Source: an uncultured bacterium (GTDB taxonomy: Bacteria; Patescibacteriota; Gracilibacteria; Absconditabacterales; Absconditicoccaceae). Taken from it: a stretch of 40,000 bases of DNA. The stretch covers positions 1-40,000 of the forward strand of contig CAUTND010000004.1 of the NCBI GenBank assembly GCA_963540355.1, written 5' to 3'. Of this stretch, positions 10,201 to 22,250 are shown in pieces. Every line of letters begins with the position of its first letter. Position 1 is the stretch's first letter. The notes under the pieces are model-generated. The model had not been told where the DNA came from, did not search any database, and saw only the letters and a list, made by a program, of their open reading frames with translations. A program made the translations under genes and the position numbers.

Positions 10201-12108
10201 TTACACATCCAATCCTTTTACAGATTTTGCATTGGTGAGGATAAAATGCTTTCTGGATTGCACATCTTCTCCCATTAGAATCCTGAAAAGTCTATCGGTT
10301 TCTTCTGCGTCTTCTACGGTAATTTGTTTGAGTTGCCTCGTTGCTGGATCCATTGTAGTTTCCCAGAGCTGTTCTGCATTCATTTCTCCAAGACCTTTAT
10401 ATCTCTGGATTTCTACACTATCATCTACATTGAATCCATACATAGCTGGCGTATGCTCTTCATTGTAAACATAGACCTGCTTTGTTCCTTTACTAAACTT
10501 GTAAATCGGAGGACAAGCCGCATAAATATGTCAGCCCTCAACTAAGGGTCTCATAAACCTAAAGAAGAAAGTCAAAAGCAGCGTCCTAATATGCGCACCA
10601 TCAACATCGGCATCGGTCATGATGATGATTTTCTCATATCTGAGTCCTTCAATATCAAAGCTATCCTTGATTCCGCAACCAATCGCAGTAATAAGGGCTT
10701 TTACTTCGTTGTTTGCCATCATTTTTTGGATCACAGCCTGTTCGGTATTCAGGATTTTACCTCTGAGTGGCAAGATCGCTTGAAACTTACTATCACGACC
10801 GGATTTCGCACTTCCTCACGCAGAATCTCCCTCCACAATGTAAAGCTCCGTTCCGTGTCTTCCTCTCTTGCTACAGTCGGCAAGTTTTCCTGGAAGCACT
10901 CCACCAGCAAGCACATTTTTTCTGAGCACCGTTTCTTTTGCGAATTTTGCAGCAAGTCTGGCTCTCGCAGCGAGGTCAATTTTTGCGAAGATTTTATCAA
11001 ATTCTTCTGGATTCTCTGCAAAATAGTCTTTGAGATAGTTGTAAGTCAGCTCTTCAACTGCTCCACGAACATAGCTATTTCCGAGTCTTCCTTTGGTTTG
11101 TCCCTCAAATTGAGGTTCAGGGATTTTTACCGTGATGATTCCATAGAGTCCATCGGTCACATCTGAATACTGAAATTCTCAGATTTTTTTATCTATTTTA
11201 TCTCTTTCTTTCCCAATTTCATTCATAATCTTCAATAAAGCTGATTTGAAGCCGAGAATGTGGGTTCCTCCATCTCTGGTCGGAATATTGTTTACGAAAG
11301 ATAAGGTATGGTCGTTATTGGTATTTACAAACTGGAAAGAAATTTCTGCTTGGCAATCTTTGGTCTCCGCTTTGAAATAATGGGCTGAACTCAAAATCTG
11401 CTGATTCCCAACGAGGTTCCTAAGCCAAGTCTTGATCCCTCCTTCATACATAAATCTGCTGGCAAGTCAGGTTTTCATATTTTTAAAAGTGAAACTTACT
11501 CCTGGAGTGAGGTAAGCTGCCTGCTTCATTCTCGCAATCTCTGCAGTTTCACTAAATTCAAGGGTCTCAAAAATCGTCCCATCAGGCATAAAAGTCACTG
11601 AAGTTCAGGTTTTATCGGTTTCTCCAACGATTTGAAGTTCTCCCTGAGGAACTCCTTTTTCAAATCTCATTTTGTGGATTTTCCCGTTCTTGTAAACGGT
11701 CACTTCAAGCCAAGTGGAAAGTGCATTTACCACAGAAGCTCCCACTCCGTGAAGCCCTCCAGAAATCTTGTAGGCTCCTTTATCAAATTTTCCTCCGGCA
11801 TGAAGCACCGTATAAACCGTTTCTAAAGCTGATTTTCAAGTCTTTGGATGGATATCAACCGGGATTCCGCGCCCATTATCATGCACGGTCACAGAACCAT
11901 CTTCGTTAAGAATAGAGGTCACATCTTTACAGTAGCCAGCAAGTGCCTCATCTACTGCATTATCTACGATTTCCTGCACCATATGATGAAGCCCTCTGCT
12001 ATCGGTGCTTCCGATATACATTCCAGGTCTTTGCCTTACTGGTTCTAGCCCCTCAAGTACTCTAATCTGTGAGGCATCGTATTCGTGATTGTTTTCTGGA
12101 GTAGTCAT
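10201..12108 (-). CDS. gyrB: DNA gyrase subunit B
   Basis: Six same-frame pieces are joined across TGA. Motifs present: [35 protein letters not shown][G]GSAKSGRD (TGA at 10816-10818), [10 protein letters not shown] and [13 protein letters not shown] translated the gap 11452-11607 and it is open. TAA at 10201-10203. Confidence 0.97.
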
Positions 12109-12131
12109 TCAGTTTTTCTTTTTTGCATACT

Positions 12132-12186
12132 AAAAAAAACGACTTGTTCACTCTGAGTTTAGGAAAATCAAAGCAAAAAACAAGTC
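12132..12186 (-). terminator. Possible terminator or leader hairpin between the 87-aa ORF and gyrB
   Basis: gacttgtt (12141-12148) pairs with aacaagtc (12179-12186) around a 30-nt loop. A U-run follows on the minus strand (plus-strand A-run 12132-12139). It lies only about 25 nt upstream of the gyrB ATG. Confidence 0.3.
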
Positions 12187-12240
12187 AAAATCTGAATAAA
12201 GAGAAGGGGAGAAAATAAAAAATAAGACCTTCTCATCTTA

Positions 12241-12504
12241 TTATAGACTTTTCTCTGATTCTCAATCAATATGCTCATAAGATGCCAAAATCTGAGCTAA
12301 CCTTTCCTGATTTCTCTCATCAAGAGGAAATTTCTTCTCCAAAAAATGAACAAGTTCAGCTCTAAACTTAGAAACAAGTTCTTCTTTTTTTGGATCATTT
12401 CTTCTATTATTAAGGTCAAAATAAGAAATCTGACCTACGAGACTTGATAGTTCAATTAAGTTCGCATCAATAGAAGGATCCTTAGCAGAAGTTCTTGAAT
12501 ACAT
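12241..12504 (-). CDS. Hypothetical protein (87 aa)
   Basis: ATG at 12504. The track ORF ends at TGA 12262-12264, but the frame reads on as HID[G]ESEKSL to TAA at 12241-12243. No family recognised. Confidence 0.45.
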
Positions 12505-12572
12505 AAAGATAAGATTAAAAGAATAAATGAAGAAATACTAAGAAAATAAAACAAAAAGTCAAGAGGTAAAAT

Positions 12573-13511
12573 TTAAGACTGAAGTACTCTTCCTTGAGTA
12601 GTTTTTTCAATTTTCCCAAGCTTGAGTAAAAGCGGTTCAATATCTTCTTCAAGTGTTTTTTCACTCACGCCAAGCTGCATTGCAAGTGTCTTTACTCCAA
12701 CAGCACGATCAAAATTTCTCAAAATCTCAAGATACTTCTTGTGTATTGGCATCATTCCACCATCATCAATCTGCACATGCTCCAAAAAAGCCGATCGCTC
12801 CTTCTCAGTCAGTATTTCAATTTTTTTACTAATCACGAAATCTCTCATTTTGATCACAAGATTGTGGATTTCTCTTGGAACTGGAGCTACCTTACGAGCA
12901 AAAAGTGGAAGTAAATTCTCCTGATATGGCAAAGCATAACTATCAAGATAGTGCTTGAGAATATACATCTGCTCCTGAGGCGTATATTCCATAAAATGAA
13001 AATGATAGACAAACCTATTTTTCATCGGCTGAGAAAGAGATTCTGGCTTAGTAGTCGCCCCAACGAGTGTAAACGGATTGATCGGAAGTCTGAGATTTCC
13101 CCCTTCAGGCATCACCATATCGATCACAAAATCTTCCATCGCAATATAGAGCACCTCTTCAATTGTAGGTTTAAGCCTATGAATCTCATCAATAAAAAGC
13201 AGATCCCCTGTATCTAAACTATTGAGCACACTAACAAGTTCACTCGGCTTGGAAAGTGCATATCCTGTGATAATCTTGATCTGTGTTCCGAGTTGCTTAG
13301 CAACAATTCCCGCCATAGTAGTCTTTCCAAATCCACTCGGACCAGAAAATAAAAGATGTCAAAGCTGACCTTGCCTTTTTTGCGCACTATCAATTGCGGT
13401 CGCCAAAACAGATTTAACCGCCTCCTGCCCCACAAATTGACTAAAGTCTTCAGGTCTACTTACAGAAAAACAAGGAGCAAGCGTTTCAAGTCAGATTTTT
13501 TTAATTTCCAT
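12573..13511 (-). CDS. ruvB: Holliday junction branch migration helicase RuvB
   Basis: Starts at ATG 13511 as MEIKKI[G]LETL...FVGQEAVKSVLATAIDSAQKRQGQL[G]HLLFSGPSGFGKTT (Walker A). It continues LFIDEIHRL and then the winged-helix C-terminus. TAA at 12573-12575. Confidence 0.9.
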
Positions 13512-13600
13512 TATTTTTTTGACAGTTAAAGATTAAGGCTAACTATGAGGATTTTAAAGGCAAATGCAAGAGAAAAAAATAAAATATATTGCTTAAAAAT

Positions 13601-14584
13601 TTAGTGAAGAAAAGCTAATCTCTTCATGTACTGATCATGATCGGTATAGATTCCTTCAATAACTCGTTGTTCTGGAAACTGTGGATCCTTGAGAACAATA
13701 ATTCTCCAGCCAAGAATCTTGTGAAGTTCTAGAGCTCAAAGATGAGGTTTTTTAAGGACAATATTTTCATAAACTCCTTTTTTAAGAGCATTAAGAAAAA
13801 TTTTCTTACTAAAAAGATCAGGGAAAGATTTTTTAAACTGTTTTTCAAATTTTCAATAGGAATGAAAAATATAACCCCTTGCCTCTAAAAAAGCAATAGT
13901 TTTTTGAAGGAAAGCTATATCCTTGTGAAAAAGCAGCTTTTCAAGCATAAACAAATCTGAATCTATCTGGTCATTTGTATCACGAGCCCTGGAAGAAGCT
14001 TCCTGTGCAAGATCTTTTAAAGATTCCTTATACACCCTTAAAATCTCCTGAAACCAAGGACCAAAATTAGAAAGAGCTTGATCTAATGTCCTAAGTAAAA
14101 AACACATAAAAGGGAAAAGCAGATCAAAAAAGCGATATTCCTCCTGATAATGCTGAAAATACCCCTGAAATTCTTCTTGGAGAAGTAAGGTATATTCCTG
14201 AAGAAAGTGCTTTTTAAGATTTTCTAATTCTGCTCAATTTAAAGAAAAAGAAAACTCTGATGGAAGACCAGATTTTTGTTTTTTTTCTTGAATCTCAGGA
14301 GGGAAAACATAATCAAAACGATGAATCATACGCTTTATCCATACTGAACTTGCAGGACTCTTATTCAATGAATCTCCATAATACAGTTCTTGATAGAGAA
14401 AAGGAAAATCTTTCATCAAAGCAGCCTTCAACCAAGGATGTCTCAACTCATAAGAAGAAAAATTCGCAGACAAAACCGCTTCTAAATCTTTAGACAAAGA
14501 AAAAAATTCCTTCTGATGAAAAGAAAAAGAAGACTCACAGCCATCAACTTGAAAAAAACAGCAATTTCATTGTAATTCCCTCAT
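13601..14584 (-). CDS. Hypothetical protein (about 327 aa), co-directional with the upstream PP-loop gene
   Basis: Pieces 14234-14497 and 13853-14107 share a frame. I translated the whole span from ATG 14584 to TAA 13601-13603 and it is open with several in-frame TGA. No family recognised. Confidence 0.5.
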
Positions 14585-14652
14585 AAGCTCCTCCTCTATT
14601 CACTAAAAAAATCAAGGGGATATTAAATATTCAAAAATAAAAGTCAACATAT

Positions 14653-15969
14653 TTACCAAGAAAATAAGAGTTTTTTTTCTAAAGCTTCAAAGTCAGAGCT
14701 TTGCATCTGAGGAAGAATACACTCTCTAAAAAGCCTCATAATCACAGACTTTTCCTCTCCTTCCTGCTTAAAAATTAGCCAAAAAGCCAAAATCATTTCC
14801 TCATTCGTTCCTACACATTCAAAAGGCTTAATCCCTGAAATCCCGAGCAATTCCTCAAAGAGCGGAATCAATCCTTCATCAGCAAAGAGATCACGAGCAA
14901 AAATCTGATTTGTTTTTTCTTTGCCAAGAAAGGCTCTGAGCATCGTATAGATAAAGGCACATTTCGGGCAAACTCCGCACCAGAGCTGCTCTCCTGTAAG
15001 CTTAGAACCGAGCTGATGAAAATTTCTATTACAGCTAGAAAAGCTCTCAAAATACTGAGGATACTTGCAAAACTCCTGCACAATTCTGATTTCATACCAT
15101 TTTCTCAGCGGACTATAGCTACGAAAATCCTCGGAAATAAAGGTATGCACATAGTTCTGAAAACTCTGCTCAAACTCGGAAGATTTGCTCCACTGATGAT
15201 TGATCTCCATCTCGCAATATTCAGTATTTCCCTCATCAGCACTCTTTTCTAGCGAGCTTACCACCGCATCATAAGCATAAAGATAGGCAACAACCAAGGA
15301 AACAAAAGAGATAATCCCTGTAATCGGCAAATGTCCATTATAATAGCCCTCAACAAGCAGTTTTTGAATCTGCGGAAGATCAAGTTCTCTGGTAAGAATC
15401 AGTCTTTTCTTTCCTGTTGGCAACTGAGCAAGCTGATGAAGCTGATAATCTTTCCCAAAAGAGAAAAGATCAAAATTCTGCCCCTCTTTTTTGAGCAGCT
15501 CAACAGTCACGAGCGAATCTTTCCCTCCCCCAAAGAGAACGAGAGATTTGTCGGCTTTCATTGGGATTTTTCACTCAAAACTTGGAGCGGTAGCACTACT
15601 CTCAAACTGAGCTAAACCTCTCGAATCCAGCTGATTTTGATAAAAAAACTCTCCTAATCCCTTGAGATAAAATTGCTTCCAAAAAGCTTTTTGTTCCTGA
15701 TTGAGAGCTAGGGTCTCCACACGGATCTTTTTGGTCGGAAACAGCTTATAATAACTCACTCCAAGGGCAATGTGCAGATGAGAAAGCAAATGAAAAAGCT
15801 GATCCTTTTGATAGGTCTGGAGTGGGAATTCAGCCCCATCTTTGAGTGGACGAAAAGAAATCTGCTCAGTAAAATGCTCCTGCTCATCAAAATGAAAATG
15901 AAAACGAGCATGCAAAAGCTCCTCATCCCATTCAAAAGAGGAAATCACAAATTCAGAAAAGGCTTTCAT
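14653..15969 (-). CDS. PP-loop (adenine nucleotide alpha-hydrolase superfamily) protein with N-terminal extra domain and C-terminal Cys cluster; possibly MurL-like (unverified)
   Basis: ORFs 15571-15969 and 14653-15561 share a frame and are joined by TGA at 15571-15573 (438 aa). It carries LVLFGGGKDSLV (an SGGxDS-type PP-loop), WCGVCPKCAFIY and KPFECVGT. Confidence 0.6.
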
Positions 15970-16034
15970 AGGAAAAATCAGAAAGAATAAAGCTTACGCT
16001 GCTTAGCAGTATAGCTATTCAAAGGGAAGTTGCA

Positions 16035-16059
16035 AATAAAAAAACCCCGCAAAGCGAGG
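16035..16059 (-). terminator. Rho-independent terminator of the beta-propeller gene
   Basis: The minus-strand RNA reads ccucgc-uuu-gcgggg (one G-U pair) followed by a U-run. It lies 24 nt after the TAA at 16083-16085. Confidence 0.6.
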
Positions 16060-16082
16060 CTTATTCAAGAAAAGATACACTT

Positions 16083-18188
16083 TTACTTAAACCAAAGTGT
16101 TTTTGAGCTCTTATTTGGGAAGATAAAGTCGGCAAAAAGCGGATTGAAACTATACAAAGCATCACCTGCATAGCCAACTCTCATCTGCTCCAAAAGATAA
16201 GCATCCGATTTATACCAAAGATCTCTCCAATAACGCTTTTCCTTTTGAGCCGCTTTCAAAGTTTCATTTTTCTCTAGAAGGAGAGGGAAATAGTTCTTTG
16301 CAAAGCTTTCTTTGATCCCTGTTTTCGGATCAACTGAAAAGGTTTTGAGTCCTATAAAATATTCAGAAGGTTCCACGATCGGAGAACAGTCTTTTTTCTC
16401 TTCTTTTCCTGCTTTATCATAGCGAACAGAACAATTCTGACCTTCAGTTTTTCGTTCAATAAGCTTCAAAGGCAGAGTAACATTCCCCTTTTTGTCCATC
16501 ACAAAGAGCCTTGGATTGTGGAGGGCTTGAGAACTAGATTCTTTTCCACCTTGACTGAGAGCGTCTAACTCATTGACCTCAATCATCTCGCCCTGCTTTT
16601 TTGCATAATCAATCTGAAAGAGCGAAAGCTTGACTCCTGCATTACTAACTCCACCTCGCTGATTGATTTCAGTATTGTAGCCTAATCCAAGCAGATATTG
16701 CTTACTACCTTCAGTCTTGAGTGGGTGGAGATAGGTGCTATAGCCTGGGATTTTAAGCTCTCCAATGATTTTTGGCTGTTTAGGATTAGCAAGATCAATC
16801 ACAAACAGCGGATCAATCTGTTCAAAAGTCACCAAATAGAGCTTATCACCGATATATCTGGAAGATTTGAATTCCTCGCCCGGCTCAATATTTTCCAATT
16901 TCCCTGCAAAAGTAAGGTCAGGATTCAAAAGATAAAGATGAGTCGCAGTTTTTGGAGTCCAAGTCTTGGTCAAAATTCTGAAATAGCCTTTCGCATCTTC
17001 ATCCATACTATATTGAGTCAGCAATTCCCCAGGAACTACCGCAGTATTCTGATATTTAAGTTCAAGCCCTTTTCTCGCAAATTTATGAATCAGTGTTTGG
17101 GTGGTGCTTCTAAAATACGGCATCGCACAGAGCAAACCTCTCGGACAAGACCAGTTTTCATAGGTATAGAAACGAGAAACGAGATAGAGTGCATTTTGAG
17201 ACATATGAATCTCGCCATTTGGAGCCAAAAGAGCGGTTGTTTCAGCTTTTTTACTGGTATTACGAATATCCATCGCAAAAATAAGCGTAAACACAGGATC
17301 TAAACTCAGATTCTTATCCTCTGGCAACACATAAGAAATCTGATCACATTCCAAAGGATAGCTTTTCTTCCCTTGAGGGGTGATCTCTACATGTGCGAAA
17401 GCCTTGCGAAAATCATGCTCCTGCCCTTTCCAGTTCCATCGGTTAATCCCCTGCTCGGCAATCACATACAGCTGATCCTCAATCAATCTCGCATCCTGAT
17501 ACAACCCAGGTAAGTTCTCAAATTTCAATAATTTAAGCTGAGCAAGATCGCTCGTATCATACACAGCAACGACCGTGCGAATATCGCTATTCAACCAGGT
17601 AAAACGGCTCTGAAAAGATGAAAACCTCGTATACAAAGTCCCCATCAATACCAAACGATCCTTGGCGAGAAAAAGCTCAACCTGATCCAAATCTTGAGGC
17701 ACAGCAATTTCTTTGACAAGCGCCAGTTTCTCAGGATTAAGCTTAGCTTTTTGAAGATCTAAAGGCGAAGAAAGAATACTGATTTTCTTCGTTTCCTGAT
17801 TGTAGTAGTAGAAATATTTTCCATCCGTTTTGAGGATTTCTGGCTCATCTACTCAGCTTTTTTGGATATTGGTCTGAGAAAAATCTGTAGAACTAGAGCT
17901 CATCACATCCAGAGCTTGCGGAGCCATTTCATTAGTAACGGCTGCATCTTCGGTTAGCATCATCCCTATCCCTTTCATAAAAGGACTTCTACTATTGGCT
18001 CTCGCTTCTTTGGCATACTTTTCTAGCATACTTTCTAGCGATTTGCAGCTTTTCGCCTGAGTAAATTTGAGATTTTGCACGGCAATAGTTCCAGAGAGTT
18101 GCTCCAAAAGCTGAGTATCCGGAGTCGCTGCTGAACTCATTCCCAGCATCAAAAGCCCAACTCCAAGGCTTGTAAGTAGTTTTTTCAT
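16083..18188 (-). CDS. Secreted beta-propeller domain protein (Beta_propel/PF09826-like)
   Basis: Pieces 17853-18254 and 16083-17702 share a frame, and I translated the gap 17703-17855 as open. The signal peptide MKKLLTSLGVGLLMLGMSSAA starts at 18188. The family N-terminal signature is present as TNIQKS[G]VDEPEILKTDGKYFYYY. Confidence 0.7.
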
Positions 18189-18417
18189 CACAAAGAAAAA
18201 AGAAAATAAAAATCTGATTCCCTTTGAGAGTAAGCTTTTGAAAGCAGAAGTCAAAGGAAAATCACACTTTCAGATACTAATGTAATACTTAGATCTCATT
18301 CCTAGAGGGTAGAATGTGCAATATACAATACGTTTTTGCGGTTTCCCTATTTTTTTTAGAGAAAAGAAAAATCTGACTTCGTAGAGAAATCAGACTTTCC
18401 TCTTTATCAGAACAAAC

Positions 18418-18903
18418 TTATTTTTTCATTTCTTTTTTCTTTTTAGATGCAAGATTAAGAGCCTCCATACTAGGATTTTTGATATATTTAATAGCTAATC
18501 AATTTTGTTGAACTGCAGCCAGTTTTACTTCTTCACTAGGATTGTTAATATATTCAATAGCTCATCAATTTTGTTGAACTGCAGCCAGTTGCACTTTTTC
18601 ACTCGGATTATTTAGTTTCTTGATCATTTCTGGGTTTTTTCTAACTTCTTCTATCAAATAGTTCTCACAATATCCATTTTCAAGATATTGCTGATGTGTT
18701 TCAAATCGATCTTCATCCATAAGTTGTTTCATATTCTTAATTTGTTCTTCACATTCACTAGGATATTTTTCATCTGCTAAAAGATCTCTTAACAGCGCTG
18801 ATTTTTCTTCTTTTTCTTTTTGAAGGGCTTTAAAAGAGGCTGTTAGCTGCTGTTCTTTTAAGGCTAGCGCATCGTTCGCATCGCTGTGTTCATGTAAGGT
18901 CAT
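18418..18903 (-). CDS. DUF4116 repeat protein
   Basis: Starts MTLHEHSD at 18903. The C-terminus reads NNPSEKVQLAAVQQN[G]AIEYINNPSEEVKLAAVQQN[G]LAIKYIKNPS, the DUF4116 pattern (AV.QNG.AL.Y). TGA at 18565-18567 and 18499-18501, TAA at 18418-18420. Confidence 0.65.
18471..18602 (-). repeat. Tandem 66-bp coding repeat (two full copies plus a diverged partial)
   Basis: Copies at 18471-18536 and 18537-18602 differ at about 7 of 66 positions by eye. Each encodes one DUF4116 unit, with TGA at the same position. Confidence 0.85.
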
Positions 18904-19097
18904 ATTTTTTTTCTTGTAAGAAAAGAAAACATAAATATGCAATAATCATTTACATGAGAAAGTCAAGTATTTCTCAATCTATTTTAAATTATAATAAAGA
19001 ATTACTCTTTACGATAAAATGATATAGCGATAAGCCAGATTGCTTGTAGCTTTTTCCTTTTTTCTAAAAAGAGTGTTAGCACTTGTTGTATACTATG

Positions 19098-19511
19098 TTA
19101 GCACTTTGCGATAACTTTTTCCCCATAAAAAGTATAAAAATCTGGCTTTGCTTTCAGTTTTTCTTGGATTCTTTGCTGAGAGATCGCCAAATCCGCTTCT
19201 GAAGGACAAAAATCCTGACAATAGACTTTAGGAAAACCCTGTAAACTAATTTTTTCAGTCTTAGAGAGCTTAAATCCCCTTTTCTGAGCCTCTTTCACCA
19301 AAGCCTGATGTCTCTTTTGCAGAAAAAGCAGTTTATCATAGAAGAAACGGACATGCCCTGTTCCCATTGTATACTTTACTCAAGGAAGAATTGGCTTTTT
19401 CTCTACCAATTTTTTCTTTACTAATCCAAAAACCCTCGGCAATTCCCTCCATTCGGCAATGAGGTGCTGATCTGCGAGTTCAGAAGGTAGCAAAAGGTTG
19501 ATTCTGGTCAT
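19098..19511 (-). CDS. Pyrimidine dimer DNA glycosylase (T4 endonuclease V / DenV family)
   Basis: Starts at ATG 19511 as [29 protein letters not shown]...ILP[G][20 protein letters not shown] at 19098-19100. Confidence 0.8.
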
Positions 19512-19523
19512 AGGCTTTTGTAA

Positions 19524-19568
19524 GTAAAAAAAACTACTCCTTGGCTTTTCTGTGGTATCAGAGTAGTT
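19524..19568 (-). terminator. Rho-independent terminator of gyrA
   Basis: aactactc (19532-19539) pairs with gagtagtt (19561-19568), followed on the minus strand by a U-run (plus-strand A-run about 19526-19533). It lies 12 nt after the gyrA TAA. Confidence 0.6.
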
Positions 19569-19579
19569 TTCAGCTTATT

Positions 19580-22180
19580 TTAGTCTTGTGGATTTTCAGA
19601 AGTTTCTGTGCTTTCAGGAGTTTCTGAAATTTGAGCAATTTCTTCTTTTTCTTGATTAGCAGGAAGATCAAAGAGTCCTCATTCAGCTTTTTCAGCCTTT
19701 TTCTTTTCTTCTTTATACTTCATATTTTCAGACTTCTCTTCCCAAGGGCGATACACGACATCAATCTTCTGATCTACCATCTTGTAAAGCGGAGTTTCTG
19801 GCTCATCAAGCGAAATATCGTTGGAATGCAAGGTCTTGAGGCTACCATCAGCAAAACGAATTCTTACCGCACCTTCAATGATTGAAATTCCTCCTTCAAG
19901 TTTTTCATTTCCGGTCATCACGACCTGTCCCTTTCTCGCTCTCTTTCGGACTTTGAGGTCTTCTAATGAGAGAAGTTTTCCGTTTTTGTCAGAGTAGATC
20001 AAGATAAATGGCTCATCATTATGCAAGAACATATTGGCAACCTGATCCCCCTCCTGAAGCTCAATCGCTTTCACTCCTCCAGCGGTCTTTCCCATTGGTC
20101 TGATATCATCGGACTTGAAAAGGAGCATTCGTCCCTGCTGAGTAAGCACTCCGACATTATCTCAGTCATTAACTGGCAAAACTCTACAGATTTTTTCTCC
20201 TGGCTGGAGTCCCATAATCGTAGTAGGGAATTTTTTGAAGCTCAAAACCAGTTCTTTTTTAGTCTTTTTGATACTATTTTGATTGGTAAGGAATACGAGA
20301 TAGTCATATTGAAAATGCAAAGTTTTGGCGAAGACGATCTTTCCCTTGAGTCAGAATTGTTCTTTGAGATTGATTGCAGGTTTCGCCATATTTCCTGCAC
20401 CAAAATCCTTGAGCCTCTGCACAACAAGCTCTCCAATATCCGTAATCACGATGAGTTTGTCCTGATTGTGAGTATAGATGAGATCAAGGGTTTCCTCAGG
20501 GATATTCTGAATTCTGGTCTGATACAGCACTCTGAGCGAAAAATCATTTCCAATCCAGCAAATCACATCTTCCTTGATTCTATCCGCTGCTTTTTGAAAT
20601 TCTTTGAGGCTTCCGCTGATATTATAGACACTGAGATCGTTAGAAAGTTCAGTTCTTCTCTCATCTCCATATTTTTCCTTCATATAGAGGAATTCCTTAG
20701 TTACAACCTCATCAAGCTTCTCTGGATCAGAAATAATACGCTCCAATTCCTCAATAAGTCTGATTTTTTCCTCAATTTCATCACTAATCTTCTGAATCTC
20801 AAGTCCAACGAGGGATTGCAATCTCATCAAAAGAATGTATTCCGCCTGTTTCTCAGAGAATCAGAATTTTTCCATTAAGTTAGTTCTCGCATCAGCTTTG
20901 GATTCTGACTTCTTGATCGTATCAATCACTTCATCAATGATATCAATCGCTTTTCTCAATCCTTCCAAAATATGTAGTCTGTCTTTAGCCTTATTAAGCT
21001 GGAAAACAGATCTACGATACACCACTCCTCTACGGAAAGTCACAAACTCCATCAAGAGATCCTTGATATTGAGCAGTCTTGGCTGGGTTCCTTGGTCAAT
21101 CAGGGAGACATTATTGAGATTGAAATTGGTCTGAAGCTCGGTGAATTTGAAAAGCTGCATCAAAATCGCATCTGGATCTACCCCTTTCTTAAGATAAATG
21201 GCAATTCTGATCTTGTTTTTATTGGATTCATCACGGATATCGTTGATTCCCTCAATCTTCTTGTCTACCACAAGTTCTCCGATCTTGGAAACGAGATTGG
21301 CTTTATTTACGAGGTAAGGAATCTCATCCACGACAATCACATGGGCTCCATCATAGACTTCATCGTGAGTCTTCCCACGAACAACGATTCAGCCTTTTCC
21401 TTTTTTATAGACTTCAGTAATATTATTGCTATCAAAGATCATCCCTCCCGTTGGAAAGTCTGGTCCTTTGATGATTTCCATAATCTCTTCTACAGAAACC
21501 GAAATCGGTCTTTTGATCTCAGCACCGTTTTCATCAGTCACGATCTCCTCTTTTCCCTCTTTTTGAAGCAAAAGCAAAGAAGCATCCAGCACTTCATTGA
21601 GGTTATGTGGAGCCATATTCGTCGCCATACCTACAGCGATTCCCATCGTTCCATTGCAGAGATGATTTGGGAATTTAGTTGCAAGCATCACAGGCTCTTT
21701 GAGCGATCCATCAAAATTATCTCTCCAATCTACCGTATCCTGCTCCAAATCTGCAAGCATTTCCTCTGCAATCTTGGTCAATCTCGCCTCGGTATACCTC
21801 ATCGCAGCTGCTCCATCACCATCAATAGAACCGAAGTTTCCCTGCCCATCAACGAGCGGATATCTAAGTGACCATGGCTGCGCCATACGAACCATCGCTT
21901 CATAAATAGAAGAATCACCGTGAGGATGGTATTTTCACATCACATCTCCGACAATTCTCGCTGATTTTTTGTGCTTCTGGTTGTAGAAGTTATTCATTTG
22001 GTACATTCCAAAGAGGATTCTCCTCAGTACTGGCTTGAATCCATCTCTCGTATCTGGCAAAGCACGAGAAACAATCACTGACATCGCATAGTCGATGTAG
22101 GATTGGGTGATTTCTTTTTCTATTGGGTGCGTAATCAGCTTTTCATTACTTGGCTGAAGAAGTTCGTCTTGAGTAGTCAT
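19580..22180 (-). CDS. gyrA: DNA gyrase subunit A
   Basis: Five same-frame pieces are joined across TGA. Motifs: [20 protein letters not shown][G][36 protein letters not shown] (TGA at 21935-21937) and [11 protein letters not shown]. The track end at 19679 is a TGA; the frame continues to TAA at 19580-19582, giving an acidic tail. Confidence 0.97.
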
Positions 22181-22250
22181 AATAGAATAATTAAAGATAA
22201 AAAAACTATTAAGTCAGATTCTCTTGATTTTTTACAGATTTTAGTTATAG

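Noticed and set aside
18430-18610. Possible CRISPR-like or intergenic tandem repeat
   Set aside because: There are only two full copies with no spacers, and the repeat is in frame inside the DUF4116 coding sequence.
20021-21871. Long plus-strand ORFs 20021-20878 (285 aa) and 21092-21871 (259 aa); likewise 10591-11166 and 16698-17303
   Set aside because: They are antisense to gyrA, gyrB and the beta-propeller gene, which have unambiguous family motifs. Their products are low-complexity with no recognisable motif, so they are typical shadow ORFs.
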